A DNA stretch of 64,000 nucleotides from Octopus vulgaris (taxonomy: Eukaryota): contig OX597823.1 of NCBI GenBank assembly GCA_951406725.2, positions 59,396,001-59,460,000 of the forward strand, read 5' to 3'. The notes under the pieces were generated by a model. The model had not been told where the DNA came from, did not search any database, and was given only the letters and a program-made list of their open reading frames with translations. Both the position numbers and the translations under genes were made by a program. This document shows, piece by piece, positions 13,406-27,301 of this stretch. Position 1 is the stretch's first letter; each line of letters opens with the position of its first letter.

Positions 13406-14315
13406 TTAAAGCCAACTGGTGCTGACAAGGAATGTGTTTTGTAGTCTTATGAGGTCTGCTCAATGAAGCATATTTTATTCAACTGGAAAGACCAGGATCA
13501 GTGAACTAGGATCAGAGGTAATCATTATATATAGGAACTTATGAAATGCAACAATGCTGTTTACTAATAACAATAACATGATTGAGAGAATGTACCTCAT
13601 ACCTTGCATACTAAATATAAGTAAGGTAGAGCCACATGTATGTAATATAGTGAGTTGAAAATCTCACTCTATTACATCTATGATATTTTGATCCTTTGAC
13701 CTAGCAGGCTAGCACTATATTGATGTTGCTAGCTGTGATTCTACTTCATCATGAAATTAAAAGCAAATATATCTCAAGTGAAAATTATCATATATTTTCT
13801 TCAAGAAATATTTTTGTACCAATAAATTTGCAAAAGAAAAACTTACACTTTGACTATATTAATTTCCTCTTCATAGCACATCCATTAGTTGTCAGCAATA
13901 TATAGGTTTGGCAATTTATCACTATTTTTGTAAAATGCAATTTTATTTTATTTGGCTTATGAAATAAGAAGACAGAAAAGGATGTTATTCAATTTTTTTT
14001 TAATATGATTTTATGGACAGAAAATGATAGGAATTTTTTTTTTTATTTTTCTAAAATATTTAACAATGAAACAATTTAAAATATATTTTCATGTTAAATT
14101 TGTAATAACTTCTTACTTGTCTGATTTGCTTGACATCCGATATTCAGTTGATTCTGTCAGTAGTCATATGCTTGTCTGACAGGAGTTCAAGCAATAAGCA
14201 AAAGTTAAAAATATGGAAAGCTCAGGTAGTTGGCCTAATTCTTTAGCTTGCATTATACATTACATGGAAAAAGTGTAGCTAACAGTAGCAATTCAGTTTC
14301 TATGAAGTACATTAA

Positions 14316-14794
14316 CTCGTTTGATACTAATGTGTCTAAGACTGCCCCTGGGTCTATGATATAAAGTTATCTGAATTAAAACTTACTATCAAAATTTAAT
14401 TTTTAAAACAGAAGTTTAATAATCCGTTCTGTTATAGGCAAAAAGCCTAAAATTTGAGGTGGAGGGGGATAACCAATTACATCGACCCAATATTCAACTG
14501 GTTCTTATTTTTTAGACCCTGAAAGGATGAAAGGCAAAATCAACCCCTGTGGAATTTGAACCTAGAATTCCGAAACAGATGAAATACTGCAAAGCATTCC
14601 GCCCAGCATGCTAATGATTCTGCAAGCTCACTGCCTTTCACAAAGCCAGTAATTTCAGGGTAATGGATAGGTCGATTACATCAACCCCAGCAGCTTAATA
14701 ATAACGAAGTTATTTTACTAAATTCTTCGTTATTTTCAGAATTAATTGAAACAGAGGCAGAGTGTATTTCAACAGAAATATGGTAACGAAAGGG
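14316..14794. mobile_element. piggyBac-like MITE interrupted by a SINE A insertion
   Basis: TTAA at 14312-14315, right end GAAAGGG|TTAA at 14794. SINE A occupies about 14430-14690, flanked by similar cagaagtttaataat / cagcagcttaataat. Confidence 0.7.
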
Positions 14795-16095
14795 TTAATG
14801 TGACAATGTTGCTTCATACAAATTCTCACAGAACATGAAAAATTATTAGAATGTTGAAACCTTAAAATAACAAATATAAAAGTTGGCAAAATTCATAAGA
14901 TTTTATTTGGTTTTAATAAAATCAGTTGATAGTGATTAATCAAATCCTTTCTCCAGCTGTATTAAAAGTCTCACAATAGTAACAATGTCATAAAATAGTT
15001 TTCTGTTTTATTTTATTCATTTGTGTGTGTGTGTGTGTGTATGTGTGTGTGTGTGTGTGTGTGCTATTGACCTGGATTCCAAGTTCAAATCACATCAGCT
15101 TCGACCATTTTGCTTTTTATCCTTCAGTGATTGATGAAATTGATAAAAGTAACATACTAGAATCAATAGTATTCTGCTTCAGTTTACATATATAAAGCTG
15201 CAATGAATTAATCTATAATACGCAAACAGTATAGGACGTGTATAATTTTTGAAGATATTCTTTAGAACGAAATTACCTTCAGTACTACTTATATGGACTC
15301 TATGTCATCTCAAGAATCAAAAATTTCAGAAAAAATACAATTTCAAAAGATATTAAGAATTTCATGGCTTTTCCACCAGTTTTCAGTAATCTTATAGTTT
15401 TCAAAACGACCATGAAGATTCCATGGGTGCAGTTAGTTATATTTGGTTTGCTTTATGAGAAATCGATCCTAAAGTAATATACTATTCATATGTACACTAT
15501 TAAATCAAGATAAATAAATGCAAGTTAGTACTCCTTTACCTTGTCACTCAGGATTGATAGAAAACTGGGGAGGAAATAGATCTTTATACTTGACATTTAA
15601 TGGTTGGGTTTTTTGTTTTGGGCAGTGCACCAGAAAATCGACTTTTCACATAATATAGAGAATTTCCCAAGAAGTTTAAAACTTGTCTGCTACCCCAATT
15701 TTGTGTGTGTGTGTGTGTGTGTGTGAAAAATATAAGAAGAATGTATAGATTTTTTGAGATAGTCAACCTGTTTCACTTTTGCTAATCACGACTAAGAAAT
15801 TAGTGAAAATATTACAATTTCATGGTATCAAAAGACGTTTTTAGTCTACAACTTTTCTGTTTCTAGCATCGATAAAGAATTTCTCTTGATACAATCAGAT
15901 TGTAATATTTTCATTAATTTCATAGTCTTAATTAGCAAATGCAAAACTAGTTAACTATGTAACTATTTTATCTCATAAAAGAAATTTATATATTCTGTGC
16001 ATTTACCATATTCTTATATTTTTCACAACTCACCACGTGGGTAAAAAAATCTTTCCACGGTAGCTTTTGACTACTCACACACACACACACACATA

Positions 16096-16400
16096 TTGGG
16101 CTGGCAAGAAAGTAATTTCGTTTTTCGCAAATAGAGTTGCGATTTTTTTAAATGACTTTTGTCAATGTTATGACTTTTTGCTTTTGACATTTGATGACCG
16201 TTACTTTTAATTTATTTTAGAAGCAAACTGTGCGTAATTTTGTTTACAGCTCTTAGTTCAGTGTCAATTTTGACATGGGGTGCAAAGCGAACATCTTCAA
16301 CATGTTTTCCTTTTTTATTTCCGTAAAGACAAGAAAGCTGCAGAGGCCAGAAAGAGATATGGGATGTTATGGTGCTAGTTGCTTAACAAATAGGTTCACA
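16096..16400 (+). mobile_element. mariner 5' fragment: TIR plus frameshifted transposase N-terminus
   Basis: TA|TTGGGCTGGCAAGAAAGTAATTTCGTTTTT is a mariner-type TIR. From 16275, frameshifted M..VQSEHLQHVFLFYFRKDKKAAEARK/EIWDV/YGASCLT matches the mariner N-terminal HTH. Confidence 0.8.
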
Positions 16401-16593
16401 AAATGAGCCCTGCCGCCCCCCGGTGGACGCTGAGAGGGTCCAAGTGGGCGCTGGTGTCTAAGGGGATTGGTGCGGGGAGGGCGGTAGATAAAAAGGAAGC
16501 ATTGGGAGATAGACAGCAGATGGAAGGACGCTATGAATTTATGATATCATTATAGTATTGTATACAAAATGTATAATATTATATTAAATCGTC

Positions 16594-16671
16594 TGCAATA
16601 TTCAGACACGAAATATAATATTTTGCTTTGGCAAAATTGAAAAAGTTTGGTTGCCTTAATTGGACACCCTG
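16594..16671 (+). mobile_element. 3' terminal fragment of the same maT family as 46168-47445
   Basis: tgcaatattcagacacgaaatata..ttggcaaaattga..tttggttgccttaattggacaccctg matches the reverse complement of about 46168-46255, including the TIR. Confidence 0.75.
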
Positions 16672-16762
16672 GAGGCATGTTGGTGGAAGCAGGAAAAATA
16701 CAACTAAAAGCAAAAACATGAGTATATGTGTATTTCTATTAATATTTTTATTAATACTTCTG

Positions 16763-16990
16763 GTATATATATATTTATATATATATGCACACATACATAC
16801 ATATACATATATACATATACATACATACACATACATACATACATATATATACATACATACATATATATACATATATACATATATATATATACATACATAC
16901 ATATATATATACACACATACATATATATATATACACACATACATATATATATATATACACACATACATATATATATATATATACACACAG

Positions 16991-17053
<63 letters not shown>
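16763..17053. repeat. Compound (TA)/(TACA)/(CA) microsatellite
   Basis: Directly visible. Similar tracts at 17550-18205, 30965-31240, 35495-35940, 36550-36995, 38190-38750 and 61186-61577. Confidence 0.97.
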
Positions 17054-17056
<3 letters not shown>

Positions 17057-17694
17057 GCATAATATAATGGAGAAATTATACAAAATGTATAAGTAGATGA
17101 TGAGTAAAGCACCGGCACAGCTTTGATGACCTGTTGTTATCCGTAGATTCATTGCAGGAAGTTCATAGTGGTGTTTGAGGTAACAGTATTAATAAGATAG
17201 ATGGATGGAATGAGTAAAAGGTTTTATTTACTTCAACACACGTTTCGAGCCGTTCTGGGTATCTTCGGGTACATAAATAAATTTAAAAAAATAAAAAGTC
17301 TCACTAGAGATTTTCTGATTCGGTTTTACGTACTGCTATATGACCATCAATTTTGGCAATGAGTAAAAAATCAGAGAAAAATTGAAACTCGAAAAATTCA
17401 AATATGAACGTGAAAATTATACATTCTAGTTTAGAGAAAATGACTTAATGATCCATCGCTATTGTAACTGTTAGGAGAAAGAAAAGGAAGTAGAAGTTGA
17501 AAGGAAGATAATAGTTAGACGAAAAATTCTTTGTATTTGCGCCTAGACGCATATATACATACACAGATACATACATACATACATATACACAGCCATACAT
17601 ACGCGCTCACACACGCACATCCAAGTATATTGGTATATACATACAACTAGATACACATGCATACGCACACGTATGGACGAATACATACATATAT

Positions 17695-17737
<43 letters not shown>

Positions 17738-17927
17738 AACTCATATATGCAGGTACACACGCGTATGTATACATAAATATACGCACATAACATAAATAAA
17801 TATGTACCTATATTCGTACGTAATGCGAGATACAGACGTCTGTGATAAGTTTGACAAACCCACACATTTTAATATTCTCGCGTATATACATAAGTAAATA
17901 AATACACGCATATACATACGCACACAA

Positions 17928-17979
<52 letters not shown>

Positions 17980-18149
17980 CAATAAAAACGCAAATGCGCA
18001 CCGATAAAGATGTAGACATATGTATATCTCTACACATATGTACATATACACACATGAACACCTAAATATATATATACATATACACGTATACATATATGCA
18101 TATACACACACATATATACACATACATATACATACTTGTATACATATAC

Positions 18150-18206
<57 letters not shown>

Positions 18207-18323
18207 CAAATATAGATGTATATGGATCTAGACTGCAAGCTCATATGTCAAATACAGGTTATTCAAATGTGTTTCCTCAAGTTCATGTGTATTAAGAGTT
18301 GTGGGCACCATGTATATACCAAG

Positions 18324-18762
18324 TTATGTATGGTCTGGATTGTAGTATGTAAATGGGTATTTAGCTGCATATAGGCATCTGGCTAATTGTTCAGTGAATT
18401 TATTAATAATACGCTCCTTTGTCAACATTATCGAGAGTGACTCCTCGGGGCAGAATTGGCATTTGCGGGATATAGTGTTGTAGGGACTCGCGTGTCTAAG
18501 TATGGACCATGTAAGGTCGTATTTTGTCTTTGCTTCCTTAAGCCGCCAGATAAAACCGGCCAGTGATGTTACATGTCGTTTAAGGATATTTTGAAAGCTA
18601 GCGATGTGGTTACAGTATCGATTTTTGAAAAAATCGGCTGATGCCCCGATATATACGTAGGGGCCTCTTCAAGTGTTTATAGTGCACTTGTATACGACAT
18701 TCGTAGTCATACATTGGTTATCTAAAGGGCAACTGGATCTATCTCTGCATGAGTATAACGGT
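18324..18762 (-). pseudogene. Penelope-like element GIY-YIG endonuclease C-terminus (one in-frame stop)
   Basis: Manual translation: YSCRDRSSCPLDNQCMTTNVVYKCTINT*RGPYVYIGASADFFKNRYCNHIASF..TSLAGFIWRLKE..LTWSIL..YNTISRKCQFCPEE..IINKFTEQLARC. Shows the Cys-rich linker, VVY..YIG and FK.RY.NH..SF motifs typical of PLE endonucleases. Confidence 0.88.
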
Positions 18763-19593
18763 TTGATTTTGGTGGCTTACGTACATCGAGCACTGAAGGG
18801 ATTAGTTCTTTTCTGTATTTTGGTTGTCAATATTATCATTTTATTGTCGCTAGGTGTTCTTAGTTCATTATTTAAATTGTTGGTGGTATTGTTTTATGGT
18901 TGGCTATCATGGATATCATAATTACTATTAGTAGAGGTAACAGAGTATCTCAACGTCCGTGAGTCATTCTGTTACTTTTACTAAATGTTAATAAAAATAT
19001 GCTTATACTGATATTTTGAGTTCTATTTTTCCTGTTTGCATCGACATACATGTGTGCGTGTTGTGTGTGTGTGTATGTATGTATGTATGTATGTATGACA
19101 GGCTTCTTTCACTTTCCGTCCTCTAAATCCACTCACAAGGTTTTGGTCAGCCCGAGGCTATAGTAGAAGGCACTTCCCTAAGGTGCAATGCAGTGAGACT
19201 GAACCCAGAACCATGTAATTAGGAAGTAAACTTGTTACCACACAGCCACGCCTACACGTATTTTTTTCTTTTTAGAGAAGCAAAATGGTGTAGTGACCAG
19301 TTCGGAGATATAGATAATCTTTGGATATTACTGTTTCGAGTTCTAGAATTCGTGGGTCCGGTTATCTGATTTCCATGAAGGTACAACTATCCGAGGTCAC
19401 AACATTCTCCCCAATCAAGACGCCAGTTAGTCGCAGAGCTATCCATTTACAGTTGAGTGAAATAAAGCCATGTGAAATGAAGTGTTTTGCTCAAGAAGAC
19501 AACGTACCTCCAAGCCCGGAAATCGAAACCATGATCTTGTAATCACGAGTGCAATACGGGTACAACATGAGTACAACAAGATATTATATAGTA

Positions 19594-19745
19594 GGCGTAG
19601 GAGTGGCTTGCTTACCAGCCACATGGGTCCGGGTTCAGTCCCACTGCGTGGCACCTTGGGCAAGTGTTTTCTACTATAGCCTTGAGCCGACTAAAGCCTT
19701 GTGAGTGGATTTGGTAGATGGAAACTGAAAGAAGCCCGTCGTATT

Positions 19746-19822
<77 letters not shown>

Positions 19823-20010
19823 TTGTGTGTCTGTGTTTGTGCCCCCAACATCACTTGACAACCGATGCTGTTGTGTTTAAGTCCCCGTAACCTAGCGGTT
19901 CGGCAAAAGTACTAGGCTTCCAAAGAATAAGTCCTAGGGTCAATTTGCTCGACTAAAGGCGCTGCTCCAGCATGGCCGCAGTCAAATGACTGAAACAATT
20001 AAAAGAGTAA
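19594..20010 (+). mobile_element. tRNA-derived SINE family B with an internal microsatellite
   Basis: GGTTCAGTCCC B-box-like motif, accttgggcaagtg core, internal (TA)n(TG)n and tail gtcaaatgactgaaacaa. Copies at 12500-12690-, 19085-19258-, 20488-20845-, 27302-27703-, 38420-38520- and 58670-59050+. Confidence 0.88.
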
Positions 20011-21241
20011 ACGACTACAGCGGTACAGTGAAGGTGAATCGTTTTAGCTCGACATGCTGAAATTTGAATTTCTATATGATCTTGTTATTGAGAAGACTTG
20101 CTTAAATTATTTATGCTATTTTTTATTGAAATGCTTACAGATAAGCTTTTTACAGGATGATATTCTAAGAAAATTTTATATATTTTTTATTCCATCACAT
20201 GTCACCTGTAAACCTGAGATGTGCCGCAGCTGACACACATGTCATAGATTCACCGTCACTGTATAATCCTATTACAAAATAGAAGTTAATATAATGATAA
20301 ATAACTATGCTTCAAGTGGTTATCGTGATTTTTCCACGATGTAATTGCTCTGGTTTCACCTCAACTATCTGACATCAAGTCACTTGATAAACTACATATA
20401 TAATTTAAGGAGAAAACTGTAAAGTGAAAGACCACGCCATATTGATCTTTAATTTCGTGTCAATAAGAAATCTTTTTATTTTTATCTGTTGCTTGCTTCA
20501 GTCTCTGGGTTGTGGCCATGCTGGGGCACCACCTTGAAGGAATTTTATAGAACGAATAAATCGATCGCAATACTTACGTTTGTAATCTCGGTACTTATTC
20601 CATCGATCTCTTTTTGCCGAATCGCTAGGCTACAGAGACATAAAAAAACAACAACGGTTGCCAAAAGGTGGTGGGGACAAACACACACATATAATGGGTT
20701 CCTTTCAGTTTCCTTATGACAGATCCAGTCCAAGACCTTGGTCGACATCGGTTATAGTAGAAGACACTCGCGTGAGGTGCCACGCAGTGAGACTGAACCC
20801 GGAAACATATAGCTGGGGAGCAAACTTCTTACCCTACAGCCACGTCAGCGACTTTCCAATCAGCAGATTTTGAAATTTGGGCTTGTTAATTCTGATAACA
20901 GAATAAATTTGGAAAGCTCAGTGGCGGTAATTCACAATATGTCAAATTGCATTTGTTTCTGGGACTTTGTCACTAGCGATATCATAAAGACTGCACAGAT
21001 AGTTCTAAAGTGCCGTCTTAGCATACTAGATTGTTTGTAACATACTTGCCTCTTTTGCCCTGGAAACTATTTTTATTTTGAAGTCAGGAAGTGAATGTAG
21101 TCGAGAAAGCTTTCTCATTGGGATAATGTTATCAAAACTTTTAAAATTTTGTTAAAAGAACCTATATAATAAACGTTTTACACATAATTATACTTAGGAA
21201 TCTTAGACAGTCTCTCTTTAATATTCTTCTGTTACAGTACG

Positions 21242-21386
21242 TACTAGCGTGGCTAGAGGTGGGGCGAAGGAGATGGTCCGCCTCACGCAGCACTACTTTG
21301 GGCCCAGCTGTAGGCTATATGTATTTTAGGTGGAGGGCAAACTGAAGGGGCCGACCTGGGAAGCACACACTCTAGCAACACTAGTG
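21242..21386. mobile_element. 145-bp MITE, probably hAT superfamily
   Basis: Perfect 8-bp TSD ACAGTACG (21234-21241 and 21387-21394). 17-bp imperfect TIR tactagcgtggctagag / ctctagcaacactagtg. Confidence 0.85.
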
Positions 21387-22089
21387 ACAGTACGACCAAG
21401 CTGGTAACACCTTAAACCTTAAAACCCTGTACTTCATCCTTTCTTTCAAATCAGAGAAAAGTGGAGACGGCTGGACTTGAGCTCACTCTGTTAGTGAATT
21501 AAGTGCAGTCACTCTCCGTCTCACGGTGTTGAGGGTTCTAAAAAACAAATAACAGTAATATGTACAACTGAATTATAATATGTACTTATCAGCCAATTAC
21601 ATTGCAGAAAGATAAAACATTTCGGCTAAAACAAATAGAAAAGAAATTTGGTGGAAGAATTTGACTAAGAGGATGTTATATTATTTTTTAATAAATTATG
21701 GAGAAAAAACTCTAGATTTAATTTTACATAGTTAAGTATCGTTGTCAGATTTGATTGTAATATTTCTTATTTTCTTTCCTGCTAAACTAACCGCAAGACC
21801 AGCTGTAGTTATTTCGCAGACCTTCTCTCATGTATTTAATACTAGTCATTTTAAGAAGTACATTTATCCAAATATTCCTTTTTTTATACATGATTGGGCA
21901 ACAGATCGCTTACTCTATGTATGCACACAACCAGCATCGTATATTTCAGAGAGAATATTAGAGTTGGTCGGATAGAATTTTAATAACTTTCTAAGCTGCT
22001 TATTTATTAGTTGTTTCTTCTTATAGCGAGGAAGGTAACCATGTTGCCAGGAATGTATCGCGAAAAATATAAATAATAGTAATAACGTG

Positions 22090-22410
22090 TCTATTATAGA
22101 TCAAGATTTCGATTCCATCTCGTGTTATGAATAATATTCATATTGTCTTATAACTGATCATGTATTTGATATCATTCCAAAGGTACTCGGTCAATTGTCT
22201 AATAAATAAATATTGTCGATAATAAGTATGTCTTCGATTTGTTCAATACTTTATCAGTCCATTACATTAAGAAGTAACATTGGGCATATAACAGATTATG
22301 TTTTCGATTTTGTTCAGTTTGTTTGTCAGCTTATTGTCTTACGACACAAATGCTGAGTGTATAACAGATTTTGTCTTCGAATTCGTTCCATAGTTATCAT
22401 ATTGCCTTTG
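22090..22410. repeat. Degenerate ~70-73 bp tandem repeat
   Basis: tatgtcttcgattt-like motif at about 22227, 22297 and 22370, with weaker copies upstream. Confidence 0.6.
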
Positions 22411-22725
22411 TTAAATATCATACATAACTTTAGATAGTAATATCATTGTTTAATAAGCGAATACTTTCGTTAAAAGACCCGATTAAATGTAATTTCATTA
22501 ACAGAACTTGATCATGCGGCGTCCACAGGCGTCTAGCTGTACTGACTCTTCACGCGAAAACTTAAGGATTAGTCAAATAGCGGTTGAGGCAAACCGCTCC
22601 AACATAACTATACCCAACAACTACCAACACAGAAGAGGCAATTCCGTGACGTGCATCTGGGCGCATGACAACCAATATGCTTGTATGTGATTGATGCAAT
22701 AATGCTGCATGACTAGAGAGTTACG

Positions 22726-22758
<33 letters not shown>

Positions 22759-23166
22759 AAAACTTATGGAAATGGTTCTCCCCCATCCCCCGCCTCACAA
22801 AGAAAGTAAAAAATTCTACTTAACTCTTCTTGCATAAATATACGTTAAGATTGATCATTATCATGTTATGTTGTACAAAATATGCATGTTCTATGCATTA
22901 TTTTCGTGTTATATAAATATAATGGACTTATGGGATTTCACTGTCACTTTCAACGTAATTTCGTTTCTATGACTGAGGAGATTAAACTGCGTATTAATCA
23001 CGTGAGTCTTTTTCTTTTTATAAATATTACAAAAAAAAAAAGAACTCAATACCGCATATTTCTTGGAGCGGTAAAAAAACATATCAGAAATAGTGGACGT
23101 TGTGGTGTTTAGAAACGTGAATTTGCACTCTAATTTCAAACTTAACAAGCTCAGCTTCGCTTTCCA

Positions 23167-23199
<33 letters not shown>

Positions 23200-23395
23200 G
23201 TTTAAAATGTTTTGGCACATGGCCAGCAAGTTCTGGAAAGGGGATAAGTTGATGTAACCAATTCTAGTGCTCAACTGGTAATTGTTTTATCGACCCCGAA
23301 AGGGAAAGTCGACTTCGGCGGAATTTAAATTCACAACATAAGGACGAACGAAATGCTGCTAAGCATTTTGCCTGGAGTGCTAACGATTCCACCAG

Positions 23396-23502
<107 letters not shown>

Positions 23503-25231
23503 CAAATACATTATGGTTATCAAAATAAATGGAAACAAGAGAGAAATAGACTGGTAGAGCAAGAACTGAATGCTTTGTGGCATTTAGTTAATTACTGAGT
23601 TATTACTGTGCAACAACGTTGACGATACTTGCCTTCCCTTTGGACCTGATAAGAATAGCTTTACCTTATACTCAGGAGAGGAGGGTTGATTCAATTGGTT
23701 TTAACATCCGAACAACATTTCTCGATATTATTTTTGACCTCATTCCAAAAATAGAAATGCATAAAAAAAAAACACGAATATCTTTGTTTTTTTTTTCTTT
23801 CTTTTATGGGAATTTAATTTCTCACATGAATATATCAAATTTCTCGTTCGAAGTTTGCCAGAGTTTAAAACCCTTAAAATATCTTCACTTTCACAGCTAT
23901 ACAACAGTTGACTCCTTGAATCTTTGAATCTCCCCAAAGAATACGCAATACATTCTCAATTATAGGTTGTCTAAGCAAGAAATTGTTTTCCATGTAAATG
24001 TTTTTAATCCTGCAATTGACAATCCGTCACCTAGAACAGAGCAATGATGGAATTTCTCATGCATATGATTGATATCCAGGAGCAAGTTTTGAATATTTTA
24101 TCACTTTCTCAAGCATCTAGGCAATATTATTGACAGAACATTAGTTGATGGAGGTAGATTGGGTGTATACGATGTCTCTTGTGTATCATGTTTGCATTAT
24201 CGAACTTTTTTAAGGCAACTGACATTGGTAGAAACTGCAGATCATAAATCTTAAAAGTTATTTATTTTCTTCATAAATTTCTAATTTTTAACATATTACG
24301 CTCGTCGTTTGCTTTACTGATATAAGTAGGACGATAGTTAAGAAACTGTATGTGTACATGTTTAAGGTCACTCTATGTGCACCAGTGGAAGCGTTTAATC
24401 CAGTACAAACCTGTTGCACGGTCGGCTTGTCAGTGACTATCTATCAATAATACAGTGTCATGGAAAATTCTGATTGGTGTCCAGTGCACTTTAAGACCAC
24501 TACGAGGGAGGCATCGCATTCACTTTCATTAGAGCATGTCCATAGAAGATGGTCACTCTGTTAAATAACCCATCGATATTCTTTTCTACTCTAGGCATAA
24601 GGCCCGAAATTTTTTACGCGGGAGGAGGCCAGTCGTTTAGATCGACCCCAGTACGCAACTGATCCTTAATTTATTGATCCCGAAAGGATGAAAGGCAAAC
24701 TCGACCACAGTGGAATTTGAACTCGGAACGTAAAGACAGACGAAATACCTGTTTCTTTACTGCCCGCAAGGGGCTAAACAAGGACAGACAAACGGATTAA
24801 GTCGATTACATCGATCCCAGTGCGTAACTGGTGCTTAATTTATCGACCCCGAAAGGATGAAAGGCAAAGTCGACCTTGGCGGAATTTGAACCCAGAACGT
24901 AGCGGCAGACGAAATACCGCTAAGTATTTCGCCGGCATGGTAACGTTTCTGCCAGCTCACCGCCTTATAACCTATCAATATTACTAAGACAGATCAAAGC
25001 GGTTATTTGGCAGAATCGTTAGCACGCCGGGGAAAACGCATAGCAGCATTTCGTCCGTCATTACGTTTAAATACCGCCGAGATCAACTTTGCCTTTCATC
25101 CTTTCTGTGTCGATAAAATAAGTACCAGTTGTGCATTAGGGATCAATGTAATCTACTCACCCCGTGCCCCGAAATTTCTGGCCTTGTGTCAAAATTTGAA
25201 ATCAATATTACTGAGACAAACATCTTTCTTC

Positions 25232-25938
25232 TGTAGCATGGCAGTTTCAGCCATTTTGAAATATGACTATAGCGATTTCTAATATCGCCACTGTTGAAAG
25301 GCAAGGCAAGAAATGATCTCGTTTGAGGTTACAGCCATCTTTGGCCAACTAGTTCCTGTTGTAAACACTAACCTGATTGGTTGACACGTGACACGATTTG
25401 TCTCTACTTATTTCGCGCCACTGTCCCGAAATAACCAATCACGGCCTTTGGTTAAGATTGCGTTTTTGAGGCTCGTTTGAGCCAACCAACCGGTATATAA
25501 AGGAGTGTTTTCAGACACTTTTCGTCTTTTAGTTCTAGTTCTTCTAAGAACTAACTTTAGGCCACAGCGTTACTCAACCAAGCGATATACGATTGTTCCG
25601 GCTACTACCGGCTACGCTAATGTACACAATCATAGAAAGCCTACTATCTTCCCCGTCGCCACCATTATGTACCTTCTATGCCAGCCGCATACTCCCTGAT
25701 TGTCCTGCCACACACACGAACACACAGACACAAGACATGCGAACGCTTACAAACTCCTAGCGTTGATACGATTGTGAAATAAATATTATTTATATCTCAA
25801 CAACAAGACTTGTCGTCAATTCACTTATGTTCTATTGTTACTGCATGTATTTATGGCTTGTAATAATTCGTTAAGAGTAGAACCACGTGCGATCGTATTT
25901 CCTACACGATACGACCACATGTGATCCTATTACTTACA
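25232..25938 (+). mobile_element. Solo LTR (707 bp), likely Gypsy-type
   Basis: TGTA...TACA termini and 4-bp TSD CTTC (25228-25231 and 25939-25942). Internal TATATAA at about 25494 and AATAAA at about 25778 lie in U3-R order. CpG-rich. Confidence 0.8.
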
Positions 25939-27301
25939 CTTCTGTTCAGAAGCGAGACCAATTTCTATCATGGCACATTGAAAATATTTGATTTATTAGG
26001 CTCCCCACGTTAGTCTGTAGTGATTGGTCAACATACCTATCACGTGAGTGTTTGGACATCTGTTGAGTGCTGTGTTGTGATTAGCCGAATGATGCGCGGG
26101 GATTGGATCGAAGGTCCAATCACGTTGCACGTAATATATTTCAAAAAGCTAATTCGTATGTGTTCTGGAGCTTTTTTTTCCCCCACACATTGGTGGGATA
26201 AATTATTTACGACTCAGAGGGGTGAGATTTTTATCAGCAAGGCGTGTTATGCAGATCCTGCCGTTTTCTCAGGAAAATTAATATATAACGGAGCCTATGT
26301 TACCAACAACGATACAAGCTGAATTATCGAAACGATGGATGAACACCTAAATTTTTAATATTTCTTGCTTTGATCCACTGTACCATTTTATAAAGGAATA
26401 TAGTTCCACTGTTACTTTAAAGATGTTTTTTTTTGTTATTTCTATGAATGAACATGCACAATATATTGTATAATGATATACATGATTCTTTAGTAAAATT
26501 AAGGGAGACTTCAGACCAACGTAAAAGTTCTTGGGCATTGACAATAAAAACCACCATGGATTTATGCATACTTTGTTATCAAAGCAAATGTAAGACGGAT
26601 ATTGCCAACAATATATCTTCTAATCGTTAGTATTGGTCATATTTGCTCAAAGCTGGCCAACCATAAATGTGTGTTAGCTAAGATAACACACAAAAATTAA
26701 CAAACGACTGTTGATATGGAAGCCTAAGGTAGAAAAAATATTTTTTTATGGTAGTCAAAAATGTTCTGCGTGACACATTCAACCAGTATCCGAAGTTTCA
26801 AAGTGTTTAGTTTTAAAAAATTAATAAAAAAATCTGTGCTCGAGATGAAAAAGATCCTAGTCTACGTAGATTCTACTACAGTAAAAGAGGCAATATGCAG
26901 AAACCATATGTACTTCATATCTTGATTGTCTGTGTGTGTGTGTGTGTGTCTATACACATGTATGTAAGCATGTATGTATGGGTGGAGGCGGATAAATGTG
27001 TGTATTCATGGAGAGTAATGAACAAGATGGAACGCGAAGAGTCATTCTAAATTTCATAAGGTTTAATAATGCTTGCTAAGAAAGAGATAGAACGTTGCCG
27101 GTTTCTCGAAAGAAGAGAGAAATATCTTTGTAAAAATCTAACAATAAAATCAAGCTTTTAAAGTAGTATTTAAATGCATCGATATCGGATATATTTATAC
27201 TCATTTTTGTATGTGAGGGATATTTGTCCATTGTAAATATTTAGCGAAGGAAAATTCTTTATCGTTTCGTCTGTAAGTAAAGTTCATGTGTTTGAAATGC
27301 A

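Noticed and set aside
16579-18295. Many long ORFs rich in Y/I/H/T/V/C/M (also at 30.8-31.8, 35.5-37.4, 38.1-38.9, 57.1-57.6 and 61.2-62.5 kb)
   Set aside because: Translations of stop-free dinucleotide and tetranucleotide microsatellites, open in several frames on both strands.
18930-18982. 16-bp imperfect hairpin gtagaggtaacagagt/attctgttacttttac
   Set aside because: Short, located at a TE junction, and without independent support for function.
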